Positions 22,862-36,216 of a DNA stretch of 64,000 nt are shown piece after piece. Numbering within the stretch: position 1 is the first letter of the stretch; every line of letters begins with the position of its first letter. The stretch comes from Marsupella aquatica. Its lineage: Eukaryota > Plantae > Marchantiophyta. Made by a program: the position numbers and the translations under genes. Location: positions 25,716,698-25,780,697 of the forward strand of contig OZ316893.1 of NCBI GenBank assembly GCA_973895155.1, read 5' to 3'. The notes under the pieces are model-generated. The model did not search any database and was not told the origin of the DNA. It saw only the letters and a list, made by a program, of their open reading frames with translations.

Positions 22862-23185
22862 TGTGGGGAGAAACCAGATTAGGAAAAACACTCCAAACAT
22901 ACACGTGCTCAATAGTTACGTTGTTCGCCTCAAGGTTGGCTATGTCCACGGGATGACCAAGCTTTATTAACTGTTATGTGTCTACTCAAGCATCACCATA
23001 GTTCTCATCTCTTCAAGCTCTCATCTCTTGCTATATCACTCTGTTCTCTCTTGAGAACTCTCTTGTGTGTTCTCACACCACATAGAAGTTGAAGAGATAA
23101 GGACCAATCTCTTCAACTAGGGTTTACTCTAACCCTAGTTAACATACTAACCATAGTTCAACCCAAGACTGAGTTAACCTCTACA
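22862..23185 (-). repeat. 5' LTR of copia element 2
   Basis: Direct repeat of 17142-17465. Confidence 0.96.
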
Positions 23186-23319
23186 CCTCACATGTGCTAT
23201 ACGACTGGGTACGATCAACTAAAATCTATACAGATCCATTGCACACGGCAACCAGTCCAAATAAAGTCTAAAGCTGACGACAATAATAGAAATGAGGGAT
23301 GGAAAGGAAAAGAGACCAA

Positions 23320-23780
23320 GCAAAGATGTCATTTGCATAAATAATTTTGTTGAGTAAAAGATATCATTCGCGGAAAAGACCACGCTGGGCAAAAGATGCT
23401 GTTGTGTAAAGCTGTCATTTGCAAAAAAATATGATACTAGTGCATAAAGGATGTCATTGTGGAGAAGATGATGTTGCACAAAGGTGTCCTTGTGTAAACG
23501 AGATTGTCTGTAAAGTTGTTGTGTAAATGATGTCATTTGTGGTAAAAATGACATGCACTAAAGATGTCATTTGTGGAAAAGACAACATGCACAAAAGATG
23601 TGGTTGTATACAGATGTCATTCCGCAAAATATAACGTTGTGTAAAAGATGTTTGGGAGAAAATATTGTTGCTCAAACATGCCATTGTGAAAATATGTCAT
23701 TGTGCAAAGATGTCATTGCGTAAAAGTTGTTTGCAGAGAAAATATTGTTGCAAAGATGACTTTGTGTAAAGGATGTCATC
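23320..23780. repeat. Degenerate ~20-bp minisatellite array
   Basis: Repeated aaagatgtcatt(t)gtg / aaagatgtcattgc units; same family as 6605-6800. Confidence 0.8.
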
Positions 23781-25005
23781 CCTGTTCCATCCATGCGCAT
23801 AAGTCATATAGAACTTGATTCCATTTTTAATTTTCCCTTCTGCCTAGTTTTCTATTGGTTAGTTTTGATCAAAAATTGGTCATTTTTGTAAATTGGTTAG
23901 TTTTTTCAAAAAATCTGGCACCTCAATAAAAGTGGCCCTCTCTCTCCCCACAAGAATAAAGCCACACCACACAACAACTCTAAGTGCCAATAGCTCCAAA
24001 GTGCATAAGCTATTTCACATACACTTATTGGAAAGTGTAACATGCACATATGAAGAAGTGCATAATAGGGCATCTCAAAGTTGGGTCATTAGTGAAAGTT
24101 ACAAATTTGTGATATATCCCATAACTCAAGTTATTGGACCCAGTTATAGAATTTAAAAAATGAGGGTAGGTAACATTGACCGGCCCCATAAGGCAGGAGT
24201 TACTGTCTCACTTGTCTTATAGCATATATTATTGTTTCCTCAATTCTTGATTAGCCATTGCCTCAAATGCTGCAACGATCACCATGTCGGGAGCAAATCC
24301 CACATGTCTTCAATCGCGGCTTTCCGGAGTTTTCGGAGTCCTGGATTTCCTGATTTTCAAATTTCCATCTAAAGTTGCGGGAAACTTAGAGTTAGGTGTT
24401 GAGCTCATGAACTTTCCTTACCAAAGTCAAAGTTCAATTCCCATAATTTTTTACGTGAGTTCCGATAATGCTTGTTCTTCCGATGATACTTGTTCTCATA
24501 ATACTTGAGTTATGAGAATCTTGTAAAGGGAAAACTTTGAGACTCACTAATAATGATAAGTATGCAAACTGAGATAGTGAGATGGCATTGGCATTAGGCG
24601 TACCAGCAGGGTGGCATAAGGGTAGAGGAGGGGGCAGAGTTGGCCCACGTCATGCGCACCCTTCAAGTCCGGAGGAGTGGATAATCGGATAATTAATTAT
24701 TTAGCCTTTTGGCGTTCGGACGTTCGGATCACAAAGAATCCCATCGCACGGACGGTACAACAGTGCAGACGAAGATTCAGCCATTAAAAGCCTCACTGGG
24801 GAACATCGCGAGGGAATCGGGCTTCGCTTTCGGGATCTTTGCGGAATCGCACAGCCTCAGTGTTTCATATCGCGAAAACTGCAACAGAATCCAGAATCCT
24901 GATTCCTTTCACCCGATGATTGTGGGAAAGCAAAGGCCAGAGCCACGTCCCGAAAGCCAACGTCCAGTCGCGATCTGATTCGCAGTGATAGTTCCCCTCA
25001 TACAC

Positions 25006-25033
25006 AGAGAGAGCGAGCGAGAGAGAGAGAGAG
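25006..25033 (+). repeat. (GA)n microsatellite in the presumed 5' UTR of the mTERF gene
   Basis: agagagagcgagcgagagagagagagag. Confidence 0.85.
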
Positions 25034-25103
25034 GGCGATGGTGAAATCTTTCTTTCTCTGTTTCGATTGAGGGAACGCCTCGCAGTTAGATGAGAGGGGA
25101 GCG

Positions 25104-27974
25104 ATGGCCGCTGCGGTGGTGGGAAGGCAATGGCATGGTCTGGCATTGGTTACCAGCGGTAGCAGAAGAAGCAGGCCGAGCAGCTTCAGCAGCAGCAGCA
25201 ATGAACCTCTCGTCGTGGTTGTGGCGCAGGCGAAATCTAGCTCGGTGAAATCGGTCGGCGCAGTTGGAGGAGCAACAACAACAGCAGCAGCAGCAGCAGG
25301 GGTGACAACCGCTGTATCACCGGTGGTCTTGATACCGTCGTCCCAGCAGTCCAGCCTTAAGATCAAGAGATCTAACCGGCGTTCTCGTTTTGGAGAGCCC
25401 GTCCCGACGAAGCATTGCGACAATGACGACGATCTCAGTGACCCTCTGTCCGCGGTGAGTTAGTGATCGAGCTACCCGAGCTTCTTTACTGGACCTGCTG
25501 TAGTCTCTGTTACTGGTCTTAAGGCAGATGAATGGCTGAATGAATATGTCAAGCTTTCTTTATGAGAAAGAGAGAAAGAGAGAAAGAGAGAAAGAGACTT
25601 TGGGTGTTTGTTTGCCTCACCATACCATGCCAAGAAATCAGATTGCCTTCTGTGTATTTTAACCATCCCCTCCTCTTCTTCAATTTGAGAGCTGCAGTGG
25701 CTCTAAAGGTATAGATTTTCTGTACAACTCAGGGAATTCGATCTTCCGTCGCCTGGCTTTAGTTTGAGAACTTCAATTATGTATGCACCACATTATGTGA
25801 TTTTGGAAGTAGGGATACAAAGCGCCTTCCTCTGTACCTACGAGCACGAGATGGGACCAAAGGTGCAACAACCTCTAGGGGCACTAAACCCTGTGGTCCA
25901 CTGTCATTGAGTTCCATGAACCTCTGTAATGAGGCACTCCTTTGGCACGGATTTCAAGATTCCAGTCAATTTGGAGAATGATGTCACGCGATTTCGCCTC
26001 AGTTGCTTGCTAGTCCGACATAGGATAGCAATGAGCTATTCGATGTCTCCAAGCCTGCGCAGAGCCGTTCTCACACCGTATGTTGATTGATTCTAAGCAG
26101 GATTTCCATGTGTTGGAGATGGGGTTTCTGGAAGAGGAACTTGACGGCCGAAAGAGCCATCGCAAAGAGAAGAAAATTGCGAGGGCTGGAGCAAAGCGGG
26201 TTGCCAGCATGGCAAGCTCACAGGTCATCATCAAACAGGTTCCTAAAGGAGGGAAAAATGCTGTTATAAAGCAGAAGATCAGATCGGATGGGCCGAATGG
26301 GTCTCGGCTTAAGTCTGGTTCAGCGGGAGTCAAATTCAAGTCTGCACGTGCACGATCTAGGATGGATGAGACGCATTTGATGGATGGTGGTGACAAGTTT
26401 CTATCGGATGCAGCTTGGGAAGAGCAAGCGTATCAGATAATCCGACGGCAAAAGCTGAGGGATGCGGCGTTGGCAGAGACTACCACAAGTACGAGCGTAC
26501 AAACATCGAACGGCCTGGCAAAAACCCCATCGAGTGAAACTGCCCTTAAGATCACAACGAGTGCAAGCCTGAAACATGTGTCTCGTTCACCTGTGGTATG
26601 CGACCTTAATACGACATTTGCCTCACCCACTGCTTTCGGGATATCGTGCAAAACGTTTTTTATGGCTCATGGGGTCCTCTCATTTGGCCGTTGTTTTGAC
26701 CTTTATTCGATTTTTTTTGGTTTTTTCTACTATATTCATGACTCTGAAAGGGAATTGTGTCTTGTTTTACCTGCATTTGGGTGATTCTCACTCGCTGTTC
26801 TTCCCTTCATAGGATGCTGGCGGTACGGAAGAAGGGGAAGTAAGCTCCATGTCAAGAAGATTTGGCCTCGATGATAAATGTGAAGCAGTGCTTGCGTATT
26901 TGCATTCTTTAGGTTTACGGGATATGGAATTCATCAGAATTGTAGACAAGCATAAAACCTGCCTTCAAGCAAATATAACTGTGGTAAAGGAGCGAGTTGA
27001 GTATCTTCTTAGTGTAGGTGTTCAATTTCAGCATATACCAAAGCTAGTTGTAAGGCATCCGCAGATTTTAGAGTACAGAGTCGAGCAGGCCATGAAACCT
27101 CGAGTGAAGTATCTGAAAAGCCTAGGTTTGGATGAGTCTAAAATAGGAAAGATCATCACTGTATCACCCAGTTTATTGGAATGTAGCTTAGAGAGATCCA
27201 TCAAACCCAGAATATCTTATCTGGTGAACAGTGTGGGCATTATGTCCGAGGACATTGGCAAGATTGTTATGCGAAGTCCTCAGATCCTGACACAGAGCAT
27301 AGAGGGTTCTTTGGAACCAAGGGTAGACTTCTACCTTAACGAATTGAAAATATCCAAAGAAGTGCTTGCGAAGATGGTTACCAGACATCCTCAACTTCTT
27401 CACTACAGTATGGAGGACGGAGTTCGCCCACGTGTTAAATATCTTCGGAGTTTAGGAATGAATGACGCTGATGTCATCAAAGTTCTTTCTAGGCTAACAC
27501 AGGTTAGCCCCTCTCTTCCTTGGCTGGAGCTCTCTTTTGGGTTTTTCCAAATTGGAGCTTGATAGTATTTTCTTTTTGTGGTGGTAGACCACCAGGATAC
27601 TTGCTTTCTTCTGTCATGTCTAACACGCTGAACTGCTGACCGTGCAGATTCTTTCACTCTCTGTCGAGAACTGCTTGCAGCCCAAATACAACTACCTCGT
27701 GAAAGAGCTCAACGGTGGCGTACATACTGTCACCAGTTTTCCAGCTTACTTTAGTCTGTCTTTGGATCAAAGAATTATTCCTCGACATAGGTACTCCCAA
27801 TTTTTGCAAAGAACCATAGAAGGTCCCTTCCCAATGCGGCTGTTAACCGTCTCAGATATCGCCTTCTGTCAGTGGGCAAAGTCCAGTGTGGAAGCATATG
27901 AGAAGTTTCGTCATGATCTCCTGCTCAGTACGTTCGCAACGAAGTTTGAAAGGAAAAATAAAGTACAGATGTAA
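25104..27974 (+). CDS. mTERF9: mTERF-family protein, mTERF9-like, probably plastid-targeted; exons 25104-25454, 26101-26595, 26813-27502, 27648-27974 (~620 aa)
   Basis: All introns GT-AG and phase 0. Ser/Ala-rich transit-peptide-like N-terminus. HPQLLHYSMEDG..PRVKYLRSLGM, LSLDQRIIPRH and GPFP..FCQWA match the Arabidopsis mTERF9 C-terminal repeats. Confidence 0.88.
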
Positions 27975-28038
27975 AACTCGCATTGAGTGCCTTATGTGCC
28001 TAATTGTGTGACTGAAGTACGATGGGTCTCAATAATGG

Positions 28039-28113
28039 CCGCCTGGTTACGCTAATTGGTTGACAAAGTTATACCGCCTGGTTACGCTAATTGGTTGACA
28101 AAGTTATACCGCC
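28039..28113. repeat. 35-bp perfect tandem duplication in the mTERF 3' UTR region
   Basis: ccgcctggttacgctaattggttgacaaagttata twice, followed by ccgcc. Confidence 0.95.
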
Positions 28114-29691
28114 TTGTTCTTCTCCCTTGTTCTGCCGTGTTAGGTTATGTTTTAAGGAAATGGTTTTCTAATTTTTTGGGTGCATAATTCAATTTCATCA
28201 TTGGTCATAATTAGACCCTAAATGCCACTGAGGGGAAGTACTAACTACCCAGTGTGGTCACTGTGAATGCTTGTCCCAGTAATTCTATTACCTCGCTGTC
28301 ACGACCACAAATTTGTAAACACAATATTAGTTCGTGTCCATTCACTTGGCTCATTATCATCCACGAACGCTGAGATTCCCCGTCCCGGCGGACCTTTCAG
28401 TCTTGCCAAGGTTAAACCCTACATCCTAAACTGAAGACACAATTAATTAAATGGTTCCAACAACGGAACTATTGGTTTAAAGGCATATTTCTCCTTAGAA
28501 AAGTACTCTCGACATTCTAAACCAAAACTATTAGCGCTCCACTTACAACACGCAAATCGAAGCCTTGAAAGAATGTGGAAAGTTCTCCTCCCTATGAAAC
28601 AAGATCACGGAAGCACTACTAAGACGTCTTTACAGACACAGATCATTGTTGCTCGAGTTTCATATAAGACAAATGTATCATTATTGAACTGTAATGAGGT
28701 AGAAATATCTATTGGCAGAACGTCCTTCATAATGCAAAACACTATCAACTTTTACTTCAATTTACTTTCACTTGGAACTCTTTATAACTTGTCAACATTT
28801 CATTAAGTTCATGTTTCACAAATCAAAGAACTAGTTTTTGCACGAGATTGACAATAAACCTTCACCATTGGGAAGATTAAACTTCAAGTGCAAAACTATT
28901 AACAGTGGAATGGTACATCTGATGGAAGCACTGAGAGATGAACTTCATCCTCCACCAATCAGCGAATGAACAAACTCAAACGAAGAAACTACAAGGATTA
29001 CCTGTCATTCCATCCTCGTAAATCCATTCGGTGCCACTCAGGTTTTAAAGCTTAAAATCACAGCATGTCCGGCACATCGAACCCAAAACTGCTACTCAAG
29101 CGTTGCTTCTTAGCTTAACCTAATCTGGGTCTAGACCCAACTTTAGAATACAGACTAATCTGACAGGATCTTCCGCAGCTGCCCAAGGAGCAACATGTCA
29201 TGCACAATGTCGACTTCGATGTTCGAATCTAGTAACTCCATCTATCCGAATCGTGTCAAGTTTTCTGCACAACAAGTCATACGATTCCTGAAATATGCAG
29301 GCAGTCCCCAGGGGCATTTGAAGGTGGAAGGTATATCCGTGGCTCCGAACAGATTCTCTCAGCCATGACTGAGAGAACAATGGATTGCACGGTTAGCCAA
29401 CACTAAATTCTCATAAATAGAGATTCTCTACTCAGTCAGGAATCATGTCCAGAGGAAGTACAGACTATCACTTTGAGTCTATCTCTGCAGTGAGTCCAGA
29501 ATCTCTATTTCAGAGTATTAAAACTAAAAATACAGGACAATTGCTGACATCAGGGCATATCATGAGAAGGCCAAGCTTCTTCATGAACGAACAACTTGAC
29601 TCCAGTAACTTTGGAAATTCTACATGAAGATAATTTCCTTGTCCAAACAAGTGATAACAAAGACATCGATTTATAGGATTTTGAATCCTAC

Positions 29692-31490
29692 CTGAATCGG
29701 CAAGAAGAGCTTGAACTCAGGAGGCAGTTCTTCCTCTGAATATAGGCGATCAGAAAAGTAGATACGTCGAATGCGACAATTTGCATGAACTTGAATACGC
29801 AAGGTTTCTACATAGTTTGTGCCATAAGCACGTCGGGTGAAGTCAGAGAGATTGAACTGTATTTGATTCCATCCTTCGTCTAGTCTCATCGGCATTGTGC
29901 AAATAAAAGGTCTGACTCGTGTTGAAGACTGCAAAGAAATGGCAACATTTAACATGAGAACCGTTTTTTACTCGTTGGATAAGTCTACTTCTCATTTACA
30001 AAAGGAGGCAGCCTCTTAACATTTGGTCACCACTTATTTGGCTCATCTGCCATAGTTCTGTCAATAACACTGTCCATAGCTGTAAAAGTCATTCAGGTAC
30101 ACCTTCTACCTCCAAAGAAACATTTGCTACGAAACAGGAGAATGAGGCCCATGAAAATCTGGGTAGACTGGCAGCTCAGCATATTGAGAACATCACATCA
30201 AGCAATAATCCCTGCATTGAGGGATAGAACTACCAATCAAATACAATTACAACGACCTCTTGGTGGTCCTACCTATCAGAGTAATTAATGTCACTATTTT
30301 TACTTCCGCCTTGCAAAGTGTGTCACGTAGTTTTCCTAGTCTTTGATACATCTTTAGTGCATAGAGACTCAAAGAAAACCAAATCCTTCACGGGAAACTG
30401 AGGCCCACGCGACAATCATCATTAGAGCTAGGAGTGAGAACCAAACAACAAACAACAACAGTCTCCAACCACAACCAAGGGAATCAATGTTCTTCGAAGT
30501 TTCACATCTTCTGATGATCCCTCATACTTTCGCCTGACCTCGATGTAATGAGCATATAGTGACCTCATGACGCAGCTTAACAAGACATAAAGCCTACCTG
30601 ATAGTTGGAGGCACGGAATCGTCGGCGAACATTCTTGTCATCGAGCACCTGTACTTCAAATGTGAAGTACTTCTTAAGGTTCTTGATGATCATCACAAGA
30701 AAGGGAAGCTTGATCCCCAGTGTCGCTCCGGGATCCGCTGGGCACGTAATGAAGTTCGTGCTAACATTTGTACCCATAATCTCCAAAACACTTGATTGGA
30801 TATCCTCATCGGTTACCCTCTTGATGTGACCATTCACCACTGCAATTATAAACACAACGATTCAGATTAGGAACAATCACTAAGATTTCCCAATGCTGTC
30901 TAGTGGTCGAAGGTCGTCACGTAGACAAGAAGAAAACTAGACAACAGGGCAATAGTGAACCAAAAAGTACTGTTTGCCTTGGTGAAATTCTGTGGGGAGA
31001 AAAAATGAGTGGTGCGCGCGTGTAAGTCCAAGCTTAGAAGTTCTGGGATACCGATGAAAACATTGTCATATTGCTAGCATTCAGACTACAGTAGTGGGTG
31101 TTGAATTGCTTCCACGGGTGTCAAGATGACAAAAGTAATAAAACGCAACGACTCTGGCACGAACCTTCTTTATCCCATATTTGCAGTGGCTTGCTTCTGC
31201 CATCCAACATTCAAGGACACAAACGGCGACACATCAATTGTTAGTAGTGCACACAACAGTCTAGTCAAAGATCGTCAAATTCACGTCACATATTTAAGGA
31301 AAAATACTAACCAACGAGCTTCTTGCATGCAGTTTGCATCTACCACACTTCGTTACAAACAAAATTGAAGGGAATTGTTATCATTTCATATATAACAGCG
31401 GGCACCACCATTCTTACACGACAATTGCAAAGCTTACCCTATGCTGTAGAGAATAGACAGGAAGCCCGACTGGAACGTATTCTTGAACAT
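29692..31490 (-). CDS. CFAP20: Cilia- and flagella-associated protein 20 (BUG22); exons 31490-31438, 31196-31165, 30839-30598, 29928-29692, plus an unresolved short terminal exon
   Basis: [51 protein letters not shown]...[36 protein letters not shown]...[12 protein letters not shown], with canonical splice sites. Probable 5'-UTR intron with donor at 32728. Confidence 0.95.
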
Positions 31491-33403
31491 CTCTCAGTAG
31501 TTGGGAAGCCGATGTTCAGCCCTGCTTTTAGAGAGGATTTGGTTGTACTCAGGTCGAGCAGTCTGCGATTGCAGGCCAACTTCAGTGTCAAGGCAGCTGA
31601 AATCCCTATACTAATAGGATGGGAGATGAACAATTCAATCGTGCATTATAGTAATAAAAACTATAAACTGCAAAGGAATCCGGATCACGAACAGCAGATC
31701 TCTGCAGACAAATCTTTGATACTAAGGCTTTACAAAAACAAATTAAAAACACAACATATAAAAACCAACCATCTTCTTCACAACAAACGCAGAGGAAAGT
31801 TCCCATGATTCACCCTGTACTCTGCTCGACTGCTACATAGTGAGAATGCGGATTAAGTGTAATAACACGGTCCAATCGAATAAGCTTAGGGTCATTCCTT
31901 CGTCCGTGTGACAGTTCGGTACAGACGGTGTTTGCAATCATGAACACGGGGTAATCTGATCAGAATTCTCCAGCGGTGTTGCCTTTTCGCGAAGAGAAAA
32001 TTACTTTAGTTTGAGAGGGTGCCCACTTCAGAGCTAGGACACCCGAGATCGAATAGTGCACGATTGACCTAAGACATAATTGAGTAAATCTAGATCCTTC
32101 GGTTAAACCTATCAGCCGCTTTCCCTTCCTTTCATTCGTGTCTCGAACTCATGGAAAGCGACTTTCGAGAACGAACTCAGGACCACTCTAAGAGGAAATG
32201 CTGGAGGAAATACTTCAGGTCAAACGAATAGGAACGGCTTCAAGCGTCCAAGAGACATTCTGTGATCACTGGTCTCTTACAACGCAGACTCAACGATAAA
32301 TTTTGACGGAGAATTGTAGACGACGGCATGAGATTTAGCAGCAACAGGTTTGCACACTAATTGCCACGGAGGGGGAGCAGTTAGAGTGCAAGCGAAAATA
32401 AAGGACCAAGGCCCTGTTGAGCGAATGCAAAGAGCCAAACGAGGACGCAGGAAAATTTGAGCGCACATGAATTACGGACTCAATCAAACTTTCTCAGGCC
32501 GAGTTTCTTGTGGCAGCACCATGTGCGCACCTTCCTTCAGTTTGTGCGATTCAACCTTTGTGAATAGCAAATTCTTGGTTCCGCAATGAGTAGGAACACA
32601 AAATGCATTCTCTCTACCCCTACTTAGAAACTTGCTAGAGAGAAACACGGATTCAAGTATCGGTCTAATTGTGAGGTGTTCAAAGCAAATCTGCAACCGG
32701 AATAATTCGAGCAAGAAAGCAATCTTACCAAATCCTTGAAGAAGATATAGACGAGCACGACGAAAAAGACGAAAAGGATCTCGAATTCTGCCAGGCGAGC
32801 GAACGAGAACACCGAATCTACCGCCCGTGTCAGCAACGACCGGGTAGGTCCTTGCTGCTGCCTTCACATTGGGCCTGACCTTCTTTCTCCCCTTCCCCTT
32901 CCCTCCTCTTCCCCTACCCCCCTAACGCACAGTTGCTCTCCTCAGCCAAGGCCAGCAACAAATTCTCCGGCAATTTCCGCTCTTCGCAGGACATCGGCGA
33001 AATGAACTGAATTGAAGGCCTCTGGGTGACGACTGTCCAACCCACAACCACGACAATAGCAGCAGCAGTCCGGGTCCAAGGTCTGGTCAGGCACGCATCC
33101 CTCCTATCTTATCCACAGCCACCACCACCACCACCTGCCTCCACAGTTCGCATTCTCTGTCCTCTTCCAGTCGACCGAACAGCGCAAGCCGCTCTCTACA
33201 CATCCAGGTGCGCCGAAGAATCAACACCGAATGACCTGCCTATCCGACGCACGAAGGTGTTTTTCTTTCCGTGTGTTCACCAGAACCGTGTGACCAAGGC
33301 GAACAGAGGAAAGGAAGGAAGAAAGACAGGAACCGAAGAAGAATGAGATAGCAACAGTTATGTGCAAAGTCTGGGAGCGAGCGAGCTGAGTGGTGAGTTG
33401 CAT

Positions 33404-33820
33404 TTAGGTTCGGGTTGGCAACCGGCTCGGAGTTGCAATTCGTCGAATTCCAGATAACATTATTGGTACCCATACGCCTTGTCGGCAGAAACACGGGAAC
33501 TGATTGACGGTCAACTCAGTCCGCAGTTCGTCGTCTGCCCGATTACGGTACTTTTGTTCTTCGTTTGAAACCCTTGGGCTGCCTTCGTATCTCCGCTTCG
33601 GCCGGTGTTGATTCCTATTGTGAAAACATGAGCTCATGTTGCCGATGTTGCCCTTTATGAGCGCGTTCGAAGCGCCGACAGAGCCCGGCAGCCAGCTAGT
33701 GATCTTACTACCGTGGCTTTCCTCAATCACATGAAGATCTCCATTGATGACATTGTTGTCTTTTCCTTTCCTGTCCTTTGGTTTTGACTCTTTACCGTTC
33801 CTTTTCTTTCTGTCTTTCAT
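33404..33820 (-). CDS. Hypothetical Lys/Arg-rich 138-aa ORF
   Basis: ATG-started open frame with a basic N-terminus; no recognisable domain. Confidence 0.2.
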   Translation of the reverse strand: MKDRKKRNGKESKPKDRKGKDNNVINGDLHVIEESHGSKITSWLPGSVGASNALIKGNIGNMSSCFHNRNQHRPKRRYEGSPRVSNEEQKYRNRADDELRTELTVNQFPCFCRQGVWVPIMLSGIRRIATPSRLPTRT

Positions 33821-34143
33821 GGTGTGTGTCGATGAGATTCTCTCTAGCCTTTTCGGCTCTTGTCGTCTCCTCTTCTATGCAGTAATTAGATGCAGAGGTT
33901 CCTTTTTCCTCAGAGGAGTCTACAGGACATACACCTACTTTTGTATAAAACAGAAGTAGATTTATCCAACAGGGATGTAGGCCGAGAGCAGAATGAAGAG
34001 ACGAGAAGTGAAGTGAAGAGCAGAGAAGAGCAGAGCCCCGTCACTCGTTACCAATTTCACTACTAGTCGATTTCATTATTCCAGCAGGTAAGGCATTCAG
34101 ACTATCATAACTATTGAGCAGGCTCTAATTGATTCATTGCGAA

Positions 34144-34295
34144 TCAGCATGTCCGGTGCTTTACAACCACAGAGCGATGAAAGTGATATTCATTCAGCAT
34201 GTCCAGTGCTTTACAACCACAGAGCGATGAAAGTGATATTCATTCAGCATGTCCAGTGCTTTACAACCACAGAGAGATACAATTGACGTTCATTC
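34144..34295. repeat. 50-bp tandem repeat, ~3 copies
   Basis: tcagcatgtcc(g/a)gtgctttacaaccacagagcgatgaaagtgatattcat at 34144, 34194 and 34244. Confidence 0.95.
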
Positions 34296-34735
34296 TTGCC
34301 TGGGTTAGACTTCATTGTTCATGATCAGACACTTGAGCACACAGCACCCAGGCAGTCACTCCATATTACGTGCAGGCATATCTGCATAGCCAACCACCCC
34401 CTCATCTTATTCATTCCTGCCTGGGATGAACTTCATTGTTAATGATTAGACACTTGAGCCCCCAGCACCCAACCAGTCACTCCATTCTACGTGCAGGCAT
34501 TTCTGCACAGCCAGTCTCCATCTCTCTTGCCCCTCTATGTGCGGCCAGGTGCAGCCACGATCATCTTGCTCCTCATGCGTGTGGATAAAATCTGATACCA
34601 CCTTGCCCAGATTTGATGGCATTCGTGCACAGCCAGCCATCACCTCATATCGCCCCCGTGTGTGCATCCAGGTGTGTGAATATGTGCAGCCAGGTGTCTG
34701 AATCAAATCTGATAGCACCTTGCTAGGATTTGTCT
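34291..34735. repeat. Diverged ~120-bp tandem duplications
   Basis: 34291 resembles 34412 (cattc(t/c)tgcctggg...acgtgcaggcat); 34592 resembles 34709 (ctgata(c/g)caccttgc). Confidence 0.75.
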
Positions 34736-35009
34736 CATGGTCTCCAGATTCTAATCTAGTGTGATAGCCAGCAATAATGCAACACTTCCTGGAGAACATT
34801 GAGGATCCAGTTATGTTTGAGCGTATCTCAGGAGACCACATACCCAGGGGGTCGCTCTAGCAATTGCCCGCCCGCTTTACTGCCCGGCCATCACTGTGTC
34901 CAAGTAGGGCCCTATAGTGAGAGCTACCACCTGCATTGCCCGGCCATCAGTGTCCAACTAGGACCCTATAATGAGAGCTACGGGATAGTCTGGAACTGAA
35001 CCGGCGTTC

Positions 35010-36216
35010 TATCTATCATTGTACCGCGGACTGACCAAAATTCTTTCTTACACCTGATACATTGCATTGGAGAACGCTGTGGAGTTGGATACGGTTTTTG
35101 CTCTCCACATCCTCGCTACGGCCTGCTGGTTTACAAATTATCCAGAAGATCATCGTAGGACGAGGAGTTGCCAACGCGGGGCGGGCTGGCAGACAATGGC
35201 TGCAGGGCAGAGGCAATTTGTGGTGCTTAATCACACTGAAGGCGAAGAGAATGTTGTTTCTCTTTACTCCGTTATAGACGACTCTTGGAGTGAACTTCCA
35301 CCGTTTCCAAAATCCCGGAAATCTCAGCAGGGAATCCCTAGCGAATGCGAAGGGAAATATACATCCTGGGAGGAGTGAAGAAGTTTGGTGACAGTGATGA
35401 CAGCGACGGAAGTGAAGATTACCGTTGGCCGGCAAAGAAGAAGAAAAAGACGACAGTGATTTCTGATGACGATTGTGCTGATTCCAGCGAAGTGTATGTG
35501 TTGGATCTCGCTGGGCAGAGGGAGTGGAAAAAGTGTGCAAATATGCCACAATCAAGAGACACATTGGATGCAGTGTCTTAGAAGGAAAGATTTATGTTTT
35601 TGGTGGCATTACGGATGCTGACGTAGCATCGAGTGAATCTTGGGTCTATGACCCCAAAGTAAACGCCTGGTCTTCTCTAAAGCCCATGAAGTATGTCCGG
35701 TGCGGTCATCACGTTGTAGCAGTCGGAGAGGAGCTGTTCGTGCACGGTGGAGCACGATTCAAGTATGGATGCAAGCTCAAGAATCCATTGGAGACAGAGG
35801 TCTATCATATAGGCAAGGATGAATGGAGACTGTTTGAGCCGTTTGGGTGTCATGAATCGAAAAAGTTGTTCACTGCGCAAGGGAAGCTCCAAATGATTAC
35901 TCCGCTTGGCATCTACGGGCATGCTGATATCGGTAGTGATGGGAAGTACTCCTGGACACTTCAGCGATCGTTTGCGTTTACAGAAGGTCATTTTCACACT
36001 TGGGATGATGACGAGTTCGAAGTGACTGCTGTACAAGCTGTGAATGATGAGCTAGTCGTACTGCTGACTTGGTCCGATGCTCGAGAGTCGCACACAGTTC
36101 TCCATCAAAGCATAGGTTTTGGGACCGAGAAGAAAGAGATTGTGTGGGATTTGATATCCTGTGAAGCCCTGGCGTTCCATCAGTTTTCGCATTTCATGTG
36201 CTCTGTTCAGCTTTGA
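35010..36216 (+). pseudogene. F-box/kelch-repeat protein pseudogene, frameshifts near 35355 and 35560
   Basis: Kelch blades WSELPPFP, EIYILGG, WKKCANMPQSR, KIYVFGG..WVYDPKVNAWSSLKPM and ELFVHGG are spread over three frames. N-terminal F-box is degenerate. Confidence 0.8.

Larger units (their letters stand above)
17142..23185 (-). mobile_element. Full-length Ty1/copia LTR retrotransposon, Tnt1/Tork-like, degenerate
   Basis: 324-bp LTRs at 17142-17465 and 22862-23185 (15 mismatches by manual count). TSD CCTCA at 17137-17141 and 23186-23190. PBS TGGTATCAGAGC; PPT at ~17468-17477. Confidence 0.97.

Noticed and set aside
26596-26784. Hydrophobic C-terminus of ORF 26080..26784
   Set aside because: Read-through into mTERF intron 2 (GT at 26596, AG at 26811-26812).
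34144-34295. 50-bp repeats as a CRISPR array
   Set aside because: Head-to-tail units with no unique spacers, no cas genes, and a eukaryotic context.
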